This document shows, in pieces, positions 61,410 through 64,000 of a stretch of 64,000 nt of DNA. Positions within the stretch are counted from its first letter, which is position 1, and the number at the start of each line of letters is the position of its first letter. Made by a program: the position numbers and the translations under genes. Source of the DNA: Malacoraja senta (lineage: Eukaryota); the NCBI GenBank assembly GCA_038087875.1, contig CM075990.1, positions 7,006,001-7,070,000 of the forward strand. Reading direction: 5' to 3'. A model generated the notes under the pieces. It searched no databases and was not told the DNA's origin. It saw nothing but the letters and a program-made list of their open reading frames with translations.

Positions 61410-62085
61410 GATTTTAACTCCAAACCCACTGACTTCCTTAACTACACTTCCCCCCTACCCTGCCTCTTCCAAGAGTGCCATCCCTTACTTTCAATTTCTA
61501 CTCCGAAGCCAAGGTGTTTTATTCTACAACATCTGACATATCATCTTTCTTCTGTGAATATGATTTTGCCCCACTTGTTGTGGTTGGAGCACTCACCCAT
61601 ATCTCGTATTTGCTATTCCAGGTGTCAACTTCTGTACATCGGCGAGACCAAGTGCAGGCTCGTCGATCGTTTCGCTGAACACCTCTGCTCACTCCGCCTT
61701 GACCTACCTGATCTCCCGGTTGCTCAGCACTTTAACTCCCCCTCTCATTCCCAGTCTGACATTTCTGTCCTAGGCCTCCTCCATTGTCTGAGTGAGGCCC
61801 AGAGCAAATTGGAGGAACAGCACCTCATATTTCGCTTGGGTAGCTTACACCCCAGCGATATGAACATTGACTTCTCTAACTTCAGATAGCCTTTGCTTTC
61901 CCTCTCTCTCCATCCCTTCCCCCTTCCCAGTTCTCCCACCAGTCTTACTGTCTCCAACTACATTCTATCTCTGTCCCACCCCCTCAGTCTGCCTGATGAA
62001 GGGTCTCGACCCGAAACGTCACCCATTCCTTCCCTCCAAGGATGCTGGCTGTCCCGCTGAGTTACTCCAGCATTTCATGTCTACC
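61410..62085 (+). pseudogene. Penelope-like element fragment with GIY-YIG endonuclease end and pLTR
   Basis: CYSRCQLLYIGETKCRLVDRFAEH, PVAQHFNSPSH, LEEQHLIFRLGSLHP; ctgatgaagggtctcgacccgaaacgtc near 61993. Confidence 0.85.
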
Positions 62086-63351
62086 CTCCCTAGGCACTTT
62101 CCCTTGCATCCATGGAGATGTAACAAAGGCTGATGTTCACTTCCTCGCTCACTTCCAACTAGGGACCCCAGCGTTCCTTCTCGGTGAAACAGGTTCAGAT
62201 GCACCTCTTCCAACCTAATGTACTGCTTTCTGTGCTCTGATGTGGCCTCCATTACATCAGCAAGACCAAGTGTAAACTTGGCCAAAGCCTGCTGGATTCC
62301 CCAGTTCCTAACCAGTTTAATTTCTCATTCCAATACTGACCTTGGCTTCTGGTCCCATATTCCCCTTTATCTACCCCTCCCACCCCACATTTCCCTCCCC
62401 CCAGTCTCATTCCACCCATTTCCTCTCTCAGGCTTTACATTTCATGCCTCCTCTTTATTTATCTGACACCTTTTGTCTCCTTTTCACTTCAGCCTTTTGT
62501 GTTTGATCAGATCAGCCTATCACTTGCAAGGCTTCGTCCCACCTCCCTTTTCCAGCTTTCTCCCCCCTCCCCCCTACACCATCAGTCTGAAGAAGGTTCC
62601 TAACCCGAAATATCGCCTGTCCATACCCACTACAATGCTGCTTCAACCACTAGTTCCTCCAGCACTTTGTTTGTTCTTCTCAAGATTCCAACATCTGCAG
62701 TTTCTTATTAATTCAATTAATTTGTCCTCAATTAAGTCATCTGAAGAGATTCTTCAGCTGTGTCATTGGCCAAAATATTTGGTGCCTCGTTTTCCTGAAA
62801 TTCTAACAAGTAATTGCTTGAGGAAGGCTCAATTTTTATTTGTGGTTAGTTTGTTTCTTTCAAGCTACTTTAACTCCAACAGTAGATGTTTATACTCTTT
62901 GCGTTCAAGGAACAGCAGATGCTGGTTTATTAAAAAATGACACAAAGTGCTGGAGTAACTCAGCGGGTCAGGCAGAATCTGTAGAAAACATGGATAGTTG
63001 ATGTTCCTGCCTTCACTATCTGTTCTGTGAGCTTCCCATTTGCCATCATGGGGGTTGGCATAGTTATTTTGTGCACATGCCATAGTAAATGGCTATAATG
63101 AAAAAAGATATATGATTTTCATTCCAATCCTGGGCTATATGTAGATATTTTTTATAGTAATTAAAGAAATCACAAACCAGTTTTAATTAGTTGTCAGGAT
63201 TTGCATCAATCTTTTATTTGTTTGACTCGTACATGTTTTTGCATACAGTAAGTGTTCTTTGGACATGATTGAAATATGTAGTTGGCACAGAAATGCTAGG
63301 TTTGTAATATTTTTAATTATACAGTGGACTGGGTGAGTGACTGAATTGGCT

Positions 63352-63630
63352 TATTCATGCCGACCTGCTACGACCTACCTCGACTAAACCTATGAGTAAA
63401 AAAAGTATAAATTTTTTCTCCCATGGGCATTTTTTACTCGCAGGCATTTTTCAACATGTTGAAAAATAAGCTGCGACCGAGCTGAGGTCTCGAGTACAAG
63501 GGGACTACTCTCGAGCATGAAGGAGAGTTACTAAGACCTCCTACGACCTCGTGTCGACCATGCTGCGATATGAATCGAGGGCAAACTCGCCAGAACTCAC
63601 GGATTAGGCCGCCCAAGTGGGACAGCCCCT
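63352..63630. mobile_element. Truncated Harbinger-type MITE (right TIR only)
   Basis: Ends gtgggacagcccct then taa; shares ttttcaacatgttgaaaaa with the 3431 and 29620 MITEs. Confidence 0.7.
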
Positions 63631-64000
63631 TAAGTGTAGCACCCAGTCCTTCATCATCACCTAGTCTGAGTCCTGGTAATCCCTGCCCCACACCACCAAT
63701 AGGAGTACTTTCACCAGAAAGAAAGCAGTGGTTCAAGAAGGCAACTCCCCAATGCTTTCTCAAGGGCAATTAAACATAGGCAATAATTGCTGGCTTCGCC
63801 AATGACTTCCAAATATTATATCTTTATTAGACTAGTCATCTGCCCACTAAACCACACCTATTACAAGCAGGCCCCCTGATGTGATTTCCTCAAGAAAGTC
63901 AGACCTAATGATCAAGTTAGACACAAAGTGCTGGAGTAACTCAGAGGGGCAGATAGCATCTCTGGATAAAAACGATGGGTGACTTTTCGGGTCGGGACTC

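Overview
Repeat-dense vertebrate genomic DNA, most likely from a cartilaginous fish (skate or ray), judged from the many HE1/V-SINE copies and HER1-type CR1 LINEs. No host protein-coding gene can be identified with confidence. The window holds a near full-length CR1/HER1 LINE (35975-40416, -) and two 5'-truncated sister copies, a Rex1/Babar RT fragment, L1 and Penelope fragments, PIF/Harbinger-type MITEs, a Helitron-like element, a solo LTR, minisatellites and two assembly gaps. A CpG-island promoter at ~47.6-47.9 kb looks bidirectional, with consensus splice donors facing outward on both strands. The most striking observation is a 134-bp TSD-flanked mini-retroelement (41335-41468) whose 5' end folds into a minimal CPEB3/HDV-like ribozyme, with the predicted cleavage site exactly at the insertion junction. 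Also notable: about 20 short Penelope-derived elements carrying minimal hammerhead motifs (including a 99-bp head-to-tail array), two different MITEs inserted at the same TTA of that family, and a 22-nt patch in an L1 relic apparently copied from a nearby MITE. All calls are by eye and many repeat boundaries are approximate.
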